In this document: positions 39,636 to 52,300 of the stretch, one piece after another | How positions within the stretch are numbered: the first letter of the stretch is position 1 | How the letters are laid out: each line of letters opens with the position of its first letter | NCBI GenBank assembly: GCA_964016885.1 | Contig: OZ024744.1 | Span: 99,200,001 to 99,264,000 of the forward strand | Direction: 5' to 3' | DNA length: 64,000 nucleotides | Source: Eledone cirrhosa | Taxonomy: Eukaryota | Notes under the pieces: generated by a model | The model's input: only the letters and a program-made list of their open reading frames with translations | What the model was told of the DNA's origin: nothing | Databases searched by the model: none | Position numbers and translations under genes: made by a program

Positions 39636-42600
39636 AGTGTTGGTTGTGTGGTGGTGGTTATGGTCATAGTGTTGGTGGGAGTGGTGGTGGTTATGGTCAT
39701 AGTGTTGGTGGGAGTAGCAGTGGTTATGGTCATAGTGTTGGTGGGAGTGGTGGTGGTTATGGTCATAGTGTTGGTGGGAGTGGTGGTGGTTATGGTCATA
39801 GTGTTGGTGGGAATGGTGGTGGTTATGGTCATAGTGTTGGTGGGAGTGGCAGTGGTTATGGTCATAGTGTTGGTGGGAGTGGTGGTGGTTATGGTCATAG
39901 AGTTGGTGGGTGTGGCAGTGGTTATGGTCATAGTGTTGGTGGGAGTGGTGGTGGTTATGGTCATAGTGTTGGTGGGAGTGGTGGTGGTTATGGTCATAGT
40001 GTTGGTGGGAGTAGTGGTGGTTATGGTCATAGTGTTGGTGGGAGTAGCAGTGGTTATGGTCATAGTGTTGGTGGGAGTGGCAGTGGTTATGGTCATAGTG
40101 TTGGTGGGTTTGGTGGTGGTTATGGTCATAGTGTTGGTGGGAGTGGTGGTGGTTATGGTCATAGTGTTGGTGGGAGTGGCAGTGGTTATGGTCATAGTGT
40201 TGGTGGGAGTGGCAGTGGTTATGGTCATAGTGTTGGTGGGAGTGGTGGTGGTTATGGTCATAGTGTTGGTGGGAGTGGTGGTGGTTATGGTCATAGTGTT
40301 GGTGGGAGTGGCAGTGGTTATGGTCATAGTGTTGGTGGGAGTGGTGGTGGTTATGGTCATAGTGTTGGTGGAAGTGGTGGTGGTTATGGTCATAGTGTTG
40401 GTGGGAGTGGTGGTGGTTATGGTCATAGTGTTGGTGGGAGTGGTGGTGGTTATGGTCATAGTGTTGGTGGGAGTGGCAGTGGTTATGGTCATAGTGTTGG
40501 TGGGAGTGGTGGTGGTTATGGTCATAGTGTTGGTGGGAATGGTGGTGGTTATGGTCATAGTGTTGGTGGGAGTGGTGGTGGTTATGGTCATAGTGTTGGT
40601 GGGAGTGGCAGTGGTTATGGTCATAGTGTTGGTGGGAGTGGTGGTGGTTATGGTCATAGTGTTGGTGGGAGTGGTGGTGGTTATGGTCATAGTGTTGGTG
40701 GGAGTGGCAGTGGTTATGGTCATAGTGTTGGTGGGAGTGGCAGTGGTTATTGTCATAGTGTTGGTGGGAGTGGTGGTGGTTATGGTCATAGTGTTGGTGG
40801 GAGTGGTGGTGGTTATGGTCATAGTGTTGGTGGGAGTGGTGGTGGTTATGGTCATAGTGTTGGTGGGAGTGGCAGTGGTTATGGTCATAGTGTTGGTGGG
40901 AGTGGTGGTGGTTATGGTCATAGTGTTGGTGGGAGTGGTAGTGGTTATGGTCATAGTTTTGGTGGGAGTGGTGGTGGTTATGGTCATAGTGTTGGTGGGT
41001 GTGGTGGTGGTTATGGTCATAGTGTTGGTGGGAGTGGTGTTGATTATGGTCATAGTGTTGGTGTGAGTGGCAGTGGTTATGGTCATAGTGTTGGTGGGAG
41101 TGGTGGTGGTTATGGGGATAGTGTTGGTGGGAGTGGTGGTGGTTATGGTCATAGTGTTGGTGGGAGTGGTGGTGGTTATGGTCATAGTGTTCATGGGAGT
41201 GGCAGTGGTTATGGTCATAGTGTTGGTGTGAGTGGCAGTGGTTATGGTCATAGTGTTGGTGGGAGTGGTGGTGGTTATGGGGATAGTGTTGGTGGGAGTG
41301 GCAGTGGTTATGGTCATAGTGTTGGTGGGAGTGGTGGTGGTTATGGTCATAGTGTTGGTGGGAGTGGTGTTGATTATGGTCATAGTGTTGGTGGGAGTGG
41401 CAGTGGTTATGGTCATAGTGTTGGTGGGAGTGGCAGTGGTTATGGTCATAGTGTTGGTGGGAGTGGCAGTGGTTATGGTCATAGTGTCGGTGGGAGTGGT
41501 GGTGGTTATGGTCATAGTGTTGGTGGGAGTAGTGGTGGTTATAGTCATAGTGTTGGTGGGAGTGGTGGTGGTTATGGTCATAGTGTTGGTGGCTGTGGCA
41601 GTGGTTATGGTCATAGTGTTGGTGGGAGTGGCAGTGGTTATGGTCATAGTGTTGGTGGGAGTGGCAGTGGTTATTGTCATAGTGTTGGTGGGAGTGGTGG
41701 TGGTTATGGTCATAGTGTTGGTGAGACTGGCAGTGGTTATGGTCATAGTGTTGGTGGGAGTGGTGGTGGTTATGGTCATAGTGTTGGTGGGAGTGGCAGT
41801 GGTTATGGTCATAGTGTTGGTGGGAGTGGTGGTGGTTATGGTCATAGTGTTGGTGGGAGTGGCAGTGGTTATGGTCATAGTGTTGGTGGGAGTGGCAGTG
41901 GTTATGGTCATAGTGTTGGTGGGAGTGGTGGTGGTTATGGTCATAGTGTTGGTGGGAGTGGTGGTGGTTATGGTCATAGTGTTGGTGAGACTGGCAGTGG
42001 TTATGGTCATAGTGTTGGTGGGAGTGGTGGTGGTTATGGTCATAGTGTTGGTGGGAGTGGCAGTGGTTATGGTCATAGTGTTGGTGGGAGTGGTGGTGGT
42101 TATGGTCATAGTGTTGGTGGGAGTGGTGGTGGTTATGGTCATAGTGTTGGTGGGAGTGGTGGTGGTTATGGTCATATTGTTGGTGGGAGTGGCAGTGGTT
42201 ATTGTCATAGTGTTGGTGGGAGTGGTGGTGGTTATGATCATAGTGTTGGTGGGTTTGGTGGTGGTTATGGTCATAGTGTTGGTGGGAGTGGTGGTGGTTA
42301 TGGTCATAGTGTTGGTGGGAGTGGTGGTGGTTATGATCATAGTGTTGGTGGGTGTGGTGGTGGTTATGGTCATAGTGTTGGTGGGAGTGGTGGTGGTTAT
42401 GGTCATAGTGTTGGTGGGAGTGGCAGTGGTTATGGTCATAGTGTTGGTGGGAGTGGCAGTGGTTATGGTGATAGTGTTTGTGGGAGTGGTGGTGGTTATG
42501 GTCATAGTGTTGGTGGGAGTGGTGTTGGTTATGGTCATAGTGTTGGTGGGTGTGGTAGTGGTTATGGTCATAGTGTTGGTGGGAGTGGTGGTGGTTATGG

Positions 42601-45600
42601 TCATAGTGTTGGTGGGAGTGGTAGTGGTTATGGTCATAGTGTTGGTGGGAGTGGCAGTGGTTATGGTCATAGTGTTGGTGGGAGTGGTAGTGGTTATGGT
42701 CATAGTTTTGGTGGGAGTGGTGGTGGTTATGGTCATAGTGTTGGTGGGAGTGGTGGTGGTTATGGTCATAGTGTTCATGGGAGTGGCAGTGGTTATGGTC
42801 ATAGTGTTGGTGTGAGTGGCAGTGGTTATGGTCATAGTGTTGGTGGGAGTGGTGGTGGTTATGGGGATAGTGTTGGTGGGAGTGGCAGTGGTTATGGTCA
42901 TAGTGTTGGTGGGAGTGGTGGTGGTTATGGTCATAGTGTTGGTGGGAGTGGTGTTGGTTATGGTCATAGTGTTGGTGGGAGTGGTGGTGGTTATGGTCAT
43001 AGTGTTGGTGGGAGTGGCAGTGGTTATGGTCATAGTGTTGGTGGGAGTGGCAGTGGTTATGGTCATAGTGTTGGTGGGAGTGGTGGTGGTTATGGTCATA
43101 GTGTTGGTGGGAGTGGTGTTGGTTATGGTCATAGTGTTGGTGGGAGTGGTGGTGGTTATGGTCATAGTGTTGGTGGGAGTGGTGGTGGTTATGGTCATAG
43201 TGTTGGTGGGAGTGGTGGTGGTTATGGGGATAGTGTTGGTGGGAGTGGCAGTGGTTATGGTCATAGTGTTGGTGTGAGTGGCAGTGGTTATGGTCATAGT
43301 GTTGGTGGGAGTGGTGGTGGTTATGGGGATAGTGTTGGTGGGAGTGGCAGTGGTTATGGTCATAGTGTTGGTGGGAGTGGTGGTGGTTATGGTCATAGTG
43401 TTGGTGGGAGTGGTGTTGGTTATGGTCATAGTGTTGGTGGGAGTGGTGGTGGTTATGGTCATAGTGTTGGTGGGAGTGGTGGTGGTTATGGTCATAGTGT
43501 TGGTGGGAGTGGCAGTGGTTATGGTCATAGTGTTGGTGGGAGTGGTGGTGGTTATGGTCATAGTGTTGGTGGGAGTGGTAGTGGTTATGGTCATAGTGTT
43601 GGTGGGAGTGGCAGTGGTTATGGTCATAGTGTCGGTGGGAGTGGTGGTGGTTATGGTCATAGTGTTGGTTGTGTGGTGGTGGTTATGGTCATAGTGTTGG
43701 TGGGAGTGGTGGTGGTTATGGTCATAGTGTTGGTGGGAGTGGCAGTGGTTATGGTCATAGTGTTGGTGGGAGTGGTGGTGGTTATGGTCATAGTGTTGGT
43801 GGGAGTGGTGGTGGTTATGGTCATAGTGTTGGTGGGAATGGTGGTGGTTATGGTCATAGTGTTGGTGGGAGTGGCAGTGGTTATGGTCATAGTGTTGGTG
43901 GGAGTGGTGGTGGTTATGGTCATAGAATTGGTGGGTGTGGCAGTGGTTATGGTCATAGTGTTGGTGGGAGTGGTGGTGGTTATGGTCATAGTGTTGGTGG
44001 GAGTGGTGGTGGTTATGGTCATAGTGTTGGTGGGAGTAGTGGTGGTTATGGTCATAGTGTTGGTGGGAGTAGCAGTGGTTATGGTCATAGTGTTGGTGGG
44101 AGTGGCAGTGGTTATGGTCATAGTGTTGGTGGGTTTGGTGGTGGTTATGGTCATAGTGTTGGTGGGAGTGGTGGTGGTTATGGTCATAGTGTTGGTGGGA
44201 GTGGCAGTGGTTATGGTCATAGTGTTGGTGGGAGTGGCAGTGGTTATGGTCATAGTGTTGGTGGGAGTGGTGGTGGTTATGGTCATAGTGTTGGTGGGAG
44301 TGGTGGTGGTTATGGTCATAGTGTTGGTGGGAGTGGCAGTGGTTATGGTCATAGTGTTGGTGGGAGTGGTGGTGGTTATGGTCATAGTGTTGGTGGAAGT
44401 GGTGGTGGTTATGGTCATAGTGTTGGTGGGAGTGGTGGTGGTTATGGTCATAGTGTTGGTGGGAGTGGTGGTGGTTATGGTCATAGTGTTGGTGGGAGTG
44501 GCAGTGGTTATGGTCATAGTGTTGGTGGGAGTGGTGGTGGTTATGGTCATAGTGTTGGTGGGAATGGTGGTGGTTATGGTCATAGTGTTGGTGGGAGTGG
44601 TGGTGGTTATGGTCATAGTGTTGGTGGGAGTGGCAGTGGTTATGGTCATAGTGTTGGTGGGAGTGGTGGTGGTTATGGTCATAGTGTTGGTGGGAGTGGT
44701 GGTGGTTATGGTCATAGTGTTGGTGGGAGTGGCAGTGGTTATGGTCATAGTGTTGGTGGGAGTGGCAGTGGTTATTGTCATAGTGTTGGTGGGAGTGGTG
44801 GTGGTTATGGTCATAGTGTTGGTGGGAGTGGTGGTGGTTATGGTCATAGTGTTGGTGGGAGTGGTGGTGGTTATGGTCATAGTGTTGGTGGGAGTGGCAG
44901 TGGTTATGGTCATAGTGTTGGTGGGAGTGGTGGTGGTTATGGTCATAGTGTTGGTGGGAGTGGTAGTGGTTATGGTCATAGTTTTGGTGGGAGTGGTGGT
45001 GGTTATGGTCATAGTGTTGGTGGGTGTGGTGGTGGTTATGGTCATAGTGTTGGTGGGAGTGGTGTTGATTATGGTCATAGTGTTGGTGTGAGTGGCAGTG
45101 GTTATGGTCATAGTGTTGGTGGGAGTGGTGGTGGTTATGGGGATAGTGTTGGTGGGAGTGGTGGTGGTTATGGTCATAGTGTTGGTGGGAGTGGTGGTGG
45201 TTATGGTCATAGTGTTCATGGGAGTGGCAGTGGTTATGGTCATAGTGTTGGTGTGAGTGGCAGTGGTTATGGTCATAGTGTTGGTGGGAGTGGTGGTGGT
45301 TATGGGGATAGTGTTGGTGGCAGTGGCAGTGGTTATGGTCATAGTGTTGGTGGGAGTGGTGGTGGTTATGGTCATAGTGTTGGTGGGAGTGGTGTTGATT
45401 ATGGTCATAGTGTTGGTGGGAGTGGCAGTGGTTATGGTCATAGTGTTGGTGGGAGTGGCAGTGGTTATGGTCATAGTGTTGGTGGGAGTGGCAGTGGTTA
45501 TGGTCATAGTGTCGGTGGTAGTGGTGGTGGTTATGGTCATAGTGTTGGTGGGAGTGGTGGTGGTTATAGTCATAGTGTTGGTGGGAGTGGTGGTGGTTAT

Positions 45601-46380
45601 GGTCATAGTGTTGGTGGCTGTGGCAGTGGTTATGGTCATAGTGTTGGTGGGAGTGGCAGTGGTTATGGTCATAGTGTTGGTGGGAGTGGCAGTGGTTATT
45701 GTCATAGTGTTGGTGGGAGTGGTGGTGGTTATGGTCATAGTGTTGGTGAGACTGGCAGTGGTTATGGTCATAGTGTTGGTGGGAGTGGTGGTGGTTATGG
45801 TCATAGTGTTGGTGGGAGTGGCAGTGGTTATGGTCATAGTGTTGGTGGGAGTGGTGGTGGTTATGGTCATAGTGTTGGTGGGAGTGGTGGTGGTTATGGT
45901 CATAGTGTTGGTGAGACTGGCAGTGGTTATGGTCATAGTGTTGGTGGGAGTGGTGGTGGTTATGGTCATAGTGTTGGTGGGAGTGGCAGTGGTTATGGTC
46001 ATAGTGTTGGTGGGAGTGGTGGTGGTTATGGTCATAGTGTTGGTGGGAGTGGCAGTGGTTATGGTCATAGTGTTGGTGGGAGTGGTGGTGGTTATGGTCA
46101 TAGTGTTGGTGGGAGTGGTGGTGGTTATGGTCATAGTGTTGGTGAGACTGGCAGTGGTTATGGTCATAGTGTTGGTGGGAGTGGTGGTGGTTATGGTCAT
46201 AGTGTTGGTGGGAGTGGCAGTGGTTATGGTCATAGTGTTGGTGGGAGTGGTGGTGGTTATGGTCATAGTGTTGGTGGGAGTGGTGGTGGTTATGGTCATA
46301 GTGTTGGTGGGAGTGGTGGTGGTTATGGTCATATTGTTGGTGGGAGTGGCAGTGGTTATTGTCATAGTGTTGGTGGGAGT
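38140..46380. repeat. Higher-order tandem duplication of ~4.0-4.1 kb; boundaries approximate
   Basis: Markers recur at +4091 (TAGTGTTTGT 38381/42472) and +4025 (1-bp-deletion unit 39645/43670; GAGACTGG 41723/45748; ORF ends 41066/45091). Confidence 0.88.
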
Positions 46381-49300
46381 GGCAGTGGTTATTGTCATAG
46401 TGTTAGTGGGAGTGGTGGTGGTTATGGTCATAGTGTTGGTGGGAGTGGTGGTGGTTATGGTCATAGTGTTGGTGGGAGTGGCAGTGGTTATGGTCATAGT
46501 GTTGGTGGGAGTGGCAGTGGTTATGGTCATAGTGTTGGTGGGAGTGGTGGTGGTTATGGTCATAGTGTTGGTGGGATTGGTGGTGGTTATGATTATAGTG
46601 TTGGTGGGAGTGGCAGTGGTTATGGTCATAGTGTTGGTGGGTGTAGTGGTGGTTATGGTCATAGTGTTGGTGGGAGTGGTGGTGGTTATGGTCATAGTGT
46701 TGGTGGGAGTGGTGGTGGTTATGGTCATAGTGTTGGTGGGATTGGTGGTGGTTATGATTATAGTGTTGGTGGGAGTGGCAGTGGTTATGGTCATAGTGTT
46801 GGTGGGTGTGGTGGTGGTTATGGTCATAGTGTTGGTGGGAGTGGTGGTGGTTATGGTCATAGTGTTGGTGGGAGTGGTGGTGGTTATGGTCATAGTGTTG
46901 GTGGGAGTGGTGGTGGTTATGGTCATAGTGTTGGTGGGAGTGGTGGTGGTTATGGTCATAGTGTTGGTGGGAGTGGCAGTGGTTATGGTCATAGTGTTGG
47001 TGGGAGTGGTGGTGGTTATAGTCATAGTGTTGGTGGGAGTGGCAGTGGTTATTGTCATAGTGTTGGTGGGAGTGGTGGTGGTTATGGTCATAGTGTTGGA
47101 GGGAGTGGCAGTGGTTATGATCATAGTGTTGGTGGGAGTGGTGGTGGTTATGGTCATAGTGTTGGTGGGAGTGGCAGTGGTCATGGTCATAGTGTTGGTA
47201 GGAGTGGCAGTGGTTATTGTCATAGTGTTGGTGGGAGTGGTGGTGGTTATGGTCATAGTGTTGGTGGGAGTGGTGGTGGTTATGGTCATAGTGTTGGTGG
47301 GAGTGGTGGTGGTTATGATCATAGTGTTGGTGGGTGTGGTGGTGGTTATGGTCATAGTGTTGGTGGGAGTGGTGGTGGTTATGGTCATAGTGTTGGTGGG
47401 AGTGGCAGTGGTTATGGTGATAGTGTTGGTGGGAGTGGCAGTGGTTATGGTGATAGTGTTGGTGGGAGTGGCAGTGGTTATGGTCATAGTGTTGGTGGGA
47501 GTGGTGGTGGTTATGGTCATAGTGTTGGTGGGAGTGGTGGTGGCTATGGTCATAGTTTTGGTGGGAGTGGTGGTGGTTATGGTCATAGTGTTGGTGGGAG
47601 TGGTGGTGGTTATGGTCATAGTGTTGGTGGGAGTGGTGTTGGTTATGGTCATAGTGTTGGTGGGTGTGGTAGTGGTTATGGTCATAGTGTTGGTGGGAGT
47701 GGTGGTGGTTATGGTCATAGTGTTGGTGGGAGTGGTGGTGGTTATGGTCATAGTGTTGGTGGGAGTGGCAGTGGTTATGGTCATAGTGTTGGTGGGAGTG
47801 GTAGTGGTTATGGTCATAGTTTTGGTGGGAGTGGTGGTGGTTATGGTCATAGTGTTGGTGGGAGTGGTGGTGGTTATGGTCATAGTGTTCATGGGAGTGG
47901 CAGTGGTTATGGTCATAGTGTTGGTGTGAGTGGCAGTGGTTATGGTCATAGTGTTGGTGGGAGTGGTGGTGGTTATGGGGATAGTGTTGGTGGGAGTGGC
48001 AGTGGTTATGGTCATAGTGTTGGTGGGAGTGGTGGTGGTTTTGGTCATAGTGTTGGTGGGAGTGGTGTTGATTATGGTCATAGTGTTGGTGGGAGTGGCA
48101 GTGGTTATGGTCATAGTGTTGGTGGGAGTGGCAGTGGTTATGGTCATAGTGTTGGTGGGAGTGGCAGTGGTTATGGTCATAGTGTCGGTGGTAGTGGTGG
48201 TGGTTATGGTCATAGTGTTGGTGAGAGTGGCAGTGGTAATGGTCATAGTGTTGGTGGGAGTGGTGGTGATGATGGTCATAGTGTTGGTGGGAGTGGTGGT
48301 GGTTATGGTCATAGTGTTGGTGGGAGTGGCAGTGGTTATGGTCATAGTGTTGGTGGGAGTGGTGGTGGTTATGGTCATAGTGTTGGTGGGAGTGGCAGTG
48401 GTTATGGTCATAATGTTGGTGGGAGTGGCAGTGGTTATGGTCATAGTGTTGGTGGGAGTGGCACTGGTTATTGTCATAGTGTTGGTGGGAGTGGTGGTGG
48501 TTATGGTCATAGTGTTGGTGGGAGTGGCAGTGGTTATGGTCATAGTGTTGGTGGGAGTGGCAGTGGTTGTGGTCATAGTGTTGGTGGGAGTGGCTGTGGT
48601 TATGGTCATAGTGTTGGTGGGAGTGGTGGTGGTTATGGTCATAGTGTTGGTGGGAGTGGTGGTGGTTATGGTCATATTGTTGGTGGGAGTGGCAGTGGTT
48701 ATTGTCATAGTGTTGGTGGGAGTGGCAGTGGTTATTGTCATAGTGTTGGTGGGAGTGGTGGTGGTTATGGTCATAGTGTTGGTGGGAGTGGTGGTGGTTA
48801 TGGTCATAGTGTTGGTGGGAGTGGTGGTGGTTATGGTCATAGTTTTGGTGGGAGTGGCAGTGGTTATGGTCATAGTGTTGGTGGGAGTGGCAATGGTTAT
48901 GGTCATAGAGTTGGTGGGAGTGGTGGTGGTTATGGTCATAGTGTTGGTGGGTGTGGCAGTGGTTATGGTCATAGTGTTGGTGGGAGTGGTGGTGGTTATA
49001 GTCATAGTGTTGGTGGGAGTGGTGGTGGTTATGGTCATAGTGTTGGTGGGAGTGGTGGTGGTTATGGTCATAGTGTTGGTGGGAGTGGCAGTGGTTATGG
49101 TCATAGTGTTGGTGGGAGTGGTGGTGGTGGTTATGGTCATGGTGTTGGTGGGAGTGGTTTTGGTCATGGTCATAGTGTTGGTGGGAGTGGCAGTGGTTAT
49201 GGTCATAGTGTTGGTGGGAGTGGCAGTGGTTATTGTCATAGTGTTGGTTGGAGTGGTGGTGGTTATGGTCATAGTGTTGGTGGGAGTGGTGGTGGTTATG

Positions 49301-52300
49301 GTCATAGTGTTGGTGGGAGTGGTGGTGGTTATGGTCATAGTGTTGGTGGGAGTGGCAGTGGTTATGGTCATAGTGTTGGTGGGAGTGGTGGTGGTTATGG
49401 TCATAGTGTTGGTGGGAGTGGTGGTGGTTATGATCATAGTGTTGGTGGGTGTGGTGGTGGTTATGGTCATAGTGTTGGTGGGAGTGGTGGTGGTTATGGT
49501 CATAGTGTTGGTGGGAGTGGCAGTGGTTATGGTGATAGTGTTGGTGGGAGTGGCAGTGGTTATGGTGATAGTGTTGGTGGGAGTGGTGGTGGTTATGGTC
49601 ATAGTGTTGGTGGGAGTGGTGTTGGTTATGGTCATAGTGTTGGTGGGTGTGGTAGTGGTTATGGTCATAATGTTGGTGGGAGTGGTGGTGGTTATGGTCA
49701 TAGTTTTGGTGGGAGTGGTGGTGGTTATGGTCATAGTGTTGGTGGGAGTGGCAGTGGTTATGGTCATAGTGTTGGTGGGAGTGGTAGTGGTTATGGTCAT
49801 AGTTTTGGTGGGAATGGTGGTGGTTATGGTCATAGTGTTGGTGGGAGTGGTGGTGGTTATGGGGATAGTGTTGGTGGGAGTGGCAGTGGTTATGGTCATA
49901 GTGTTGGTGGGAGTGGTGGTGGTTATGGTCATAGTGTTGGTGGGAGTGGTGTTGGTTATGGTCATAGTGTTGGTGGGAGTGGCAGTGGTTATGGTCATAG
50001 TGTTGGTGGGAGTGGCAGTGGTTATGGTCATAGTGTTGGTGGGAGTGGCAGTGGTTATGGTCATAGTGTCGGTGGGAGTGGTGGTGGTTATGGTCATAGT
50101 GTTGGTTGTGTGGTGGTGGTTATGGTCATAGTGTTGGTGGGAGTGGTGGTGGTTATGGTCATAGTGTTGGTGGTGTGGTGGTGGTTATGGTCATAGTGTT
50201 GGTGGGAGTGGTGGTGGTTATGGTCATAGTGTTGGTGGGAATGGTGGTGGTTATGGTCATAGTGTTGGTGGGAGTGGTGGTGGTTATGGTCATAGTGTTG
50301 GTGGGAGTAGCAGTGGTTATGGTCATAGTGTTCGTGGGAGTGGCAGTGGTTATGGTCATAGTGTTGGTGGGAGTGGTGGTGGTTATGGTCATAGTGTTGG
50401 TGGGAGTGGTGGTGGTTATGGTCATAGTGTTGGTGGGAGTGGTGTTGGTTATGGTCATAGTGTTGGTGGGTGTGGTAGTGGTTATGGTCATAGTGTTGGT
50501 GGGAGTGGTGGTGGTTATGGTCATAGTGTTGGTGGGAGTGGTGGTGGTTATGGTCATAGTGTTGGTGGGAGTGGCAGTGGTTATGGTCATAGTGTTGGTG
50601 GGAGTGGTAGTGGTTATGGTCATAGTTTTGGTGGGAGTTGTGGTGGTTATGGTCATAGTGTTGGTGGGAGTGGTGGTGGTTATGGTCATAGTGTTCATGG
50701 GAGTGGCAGTGGTTATGGTCATAGTGTTGGTGTGAGTGGCAGTGGTTATGGTCATAGTGTTGGTGGGAGTGGTGGTGGTTATGGGGATAGTGTTGGTGGG
50801 AGTGGCAGTGGTTATGGTCATAGTGTTGGTGGGAGTGGTGGTGGTTATGGTCATAGTGTTGGTGGGAGTGGTGTTGGTTATGGTCATAGTGTTGGTGGGA
50901 GTGGCAGTGGTTATGGTCATAGTGTTGGTGGGAGTGGCAGTGGTTATGGTCATAGTGTTGGTGGGAGTGGCAGTGGTTATGGTCATAGTGTTGGTGGGAG
51001 TGGTGGTGGTTATGGTCATAGTGTTGGTGGTGTGGTGGTGGTTATGGTCATAGTGTTGGTGGGAGTGGTGGTGGTTATGGTCATAGTGTTGGTGGGAGTG
51101 GTGGTGGTTATGGTCATAGTGTTGGTGGGAGTGGTGGTGGTTATGGTCATAGTGTTGGTGGGAATCGTGGTGGTTATGGTGATAGTGTTGGTGGGAGTGG
51201 TGGTGGTTACGGTCATAGTGTTGGTGGGAGTGGTGTTGTTTATGGTCATAGTGTTGGTGGGTGTGGTAGTGGTTATGGTCATAGTGTTGGTGGGAGTGGT
51301 GGTGGTTATGGTCATAGTTTTGGTGGGAGTGGTGGTGGTTATGGTCATAGTGTTGGTGGGAGTGGCAGTGGTTATGGTCATAGTGTTGGTGGGAGTGGTA
51401 GTGGTTATGGTCATAGTTTTGGTGGGAATGGTGGTGGTTATGGTCATAGTGTTGGTGGGAGTGGTGGTGGTTATGGTCATAGTGTTGGTGGGAGTGGCAG
51501 TGGTTATGGTCATAGTGTTGGTGGGAGTGGTGGTGGTTATGGTCATAGTGTTGGTGGAAGTGGTGGTGGTTATGGTCATAGTGTTGGTGGGAGTGGTGGT
51601 GGTTATGGTCATAGTGTTGGTGGGAGTGGTGGTGGTTATGGTCATAGTGTTGGTGGGAGTGGCAGTGGTTATGGTCATAGTGTTGGTGGGAGTGGTGGTG
51701 GTTATGGTCATAGTGTTGGTGGGAATGGTGGTGGTTATGGTCATAGTGTTGGTGGGAGTGGTGGTGGTTATGGTCATAGTGTTGGTGGGAGTGGCAGTGG
51801 TTATGGTCATAGTGTTGGTGGGAGTGGTGGTGGTTATGGTCATAGTGTTGGTGGGAGTGGTGGTGGTTATGGTCATAGTGTTGGTGGGAGTGGCAGTGGT
51901 TATGGTCATAGTGTTGGTGGGAGTGGCAGTGGTTATTGTCATAGTGTTGGTGGGAGTGGTGGTGGTTATGGTCATAGTGTTGGTGGGAGTGGTGGTGGTT
52001 ATGGTCATAGTGTTGGTGGGAGTGGTGGTGGTTATGGTCATAGTGTTGGTGGGAGTGGCAGTGGTTATGGTCATAGTGTTGGTGGGAGTGGTGGTGGTTA
52101 TGGTCATAGTGTTGGTGGGAGTGGTAGTGGTTATGGTCATAGTTTTGGTGGGAGTGGTGGTGGTTATGGTCATAGTGTTGGTGGGTGTGGTGGTGGTTAT
52201 GGTCATAGTGTTGGTGGGAGTGGTGTTGATTATGGTCATAGTGTTGGTGTGAGTGGCAGTGGTTATGGTCATAGTGTTGGTGGGAGTGGTGGTGGTTATG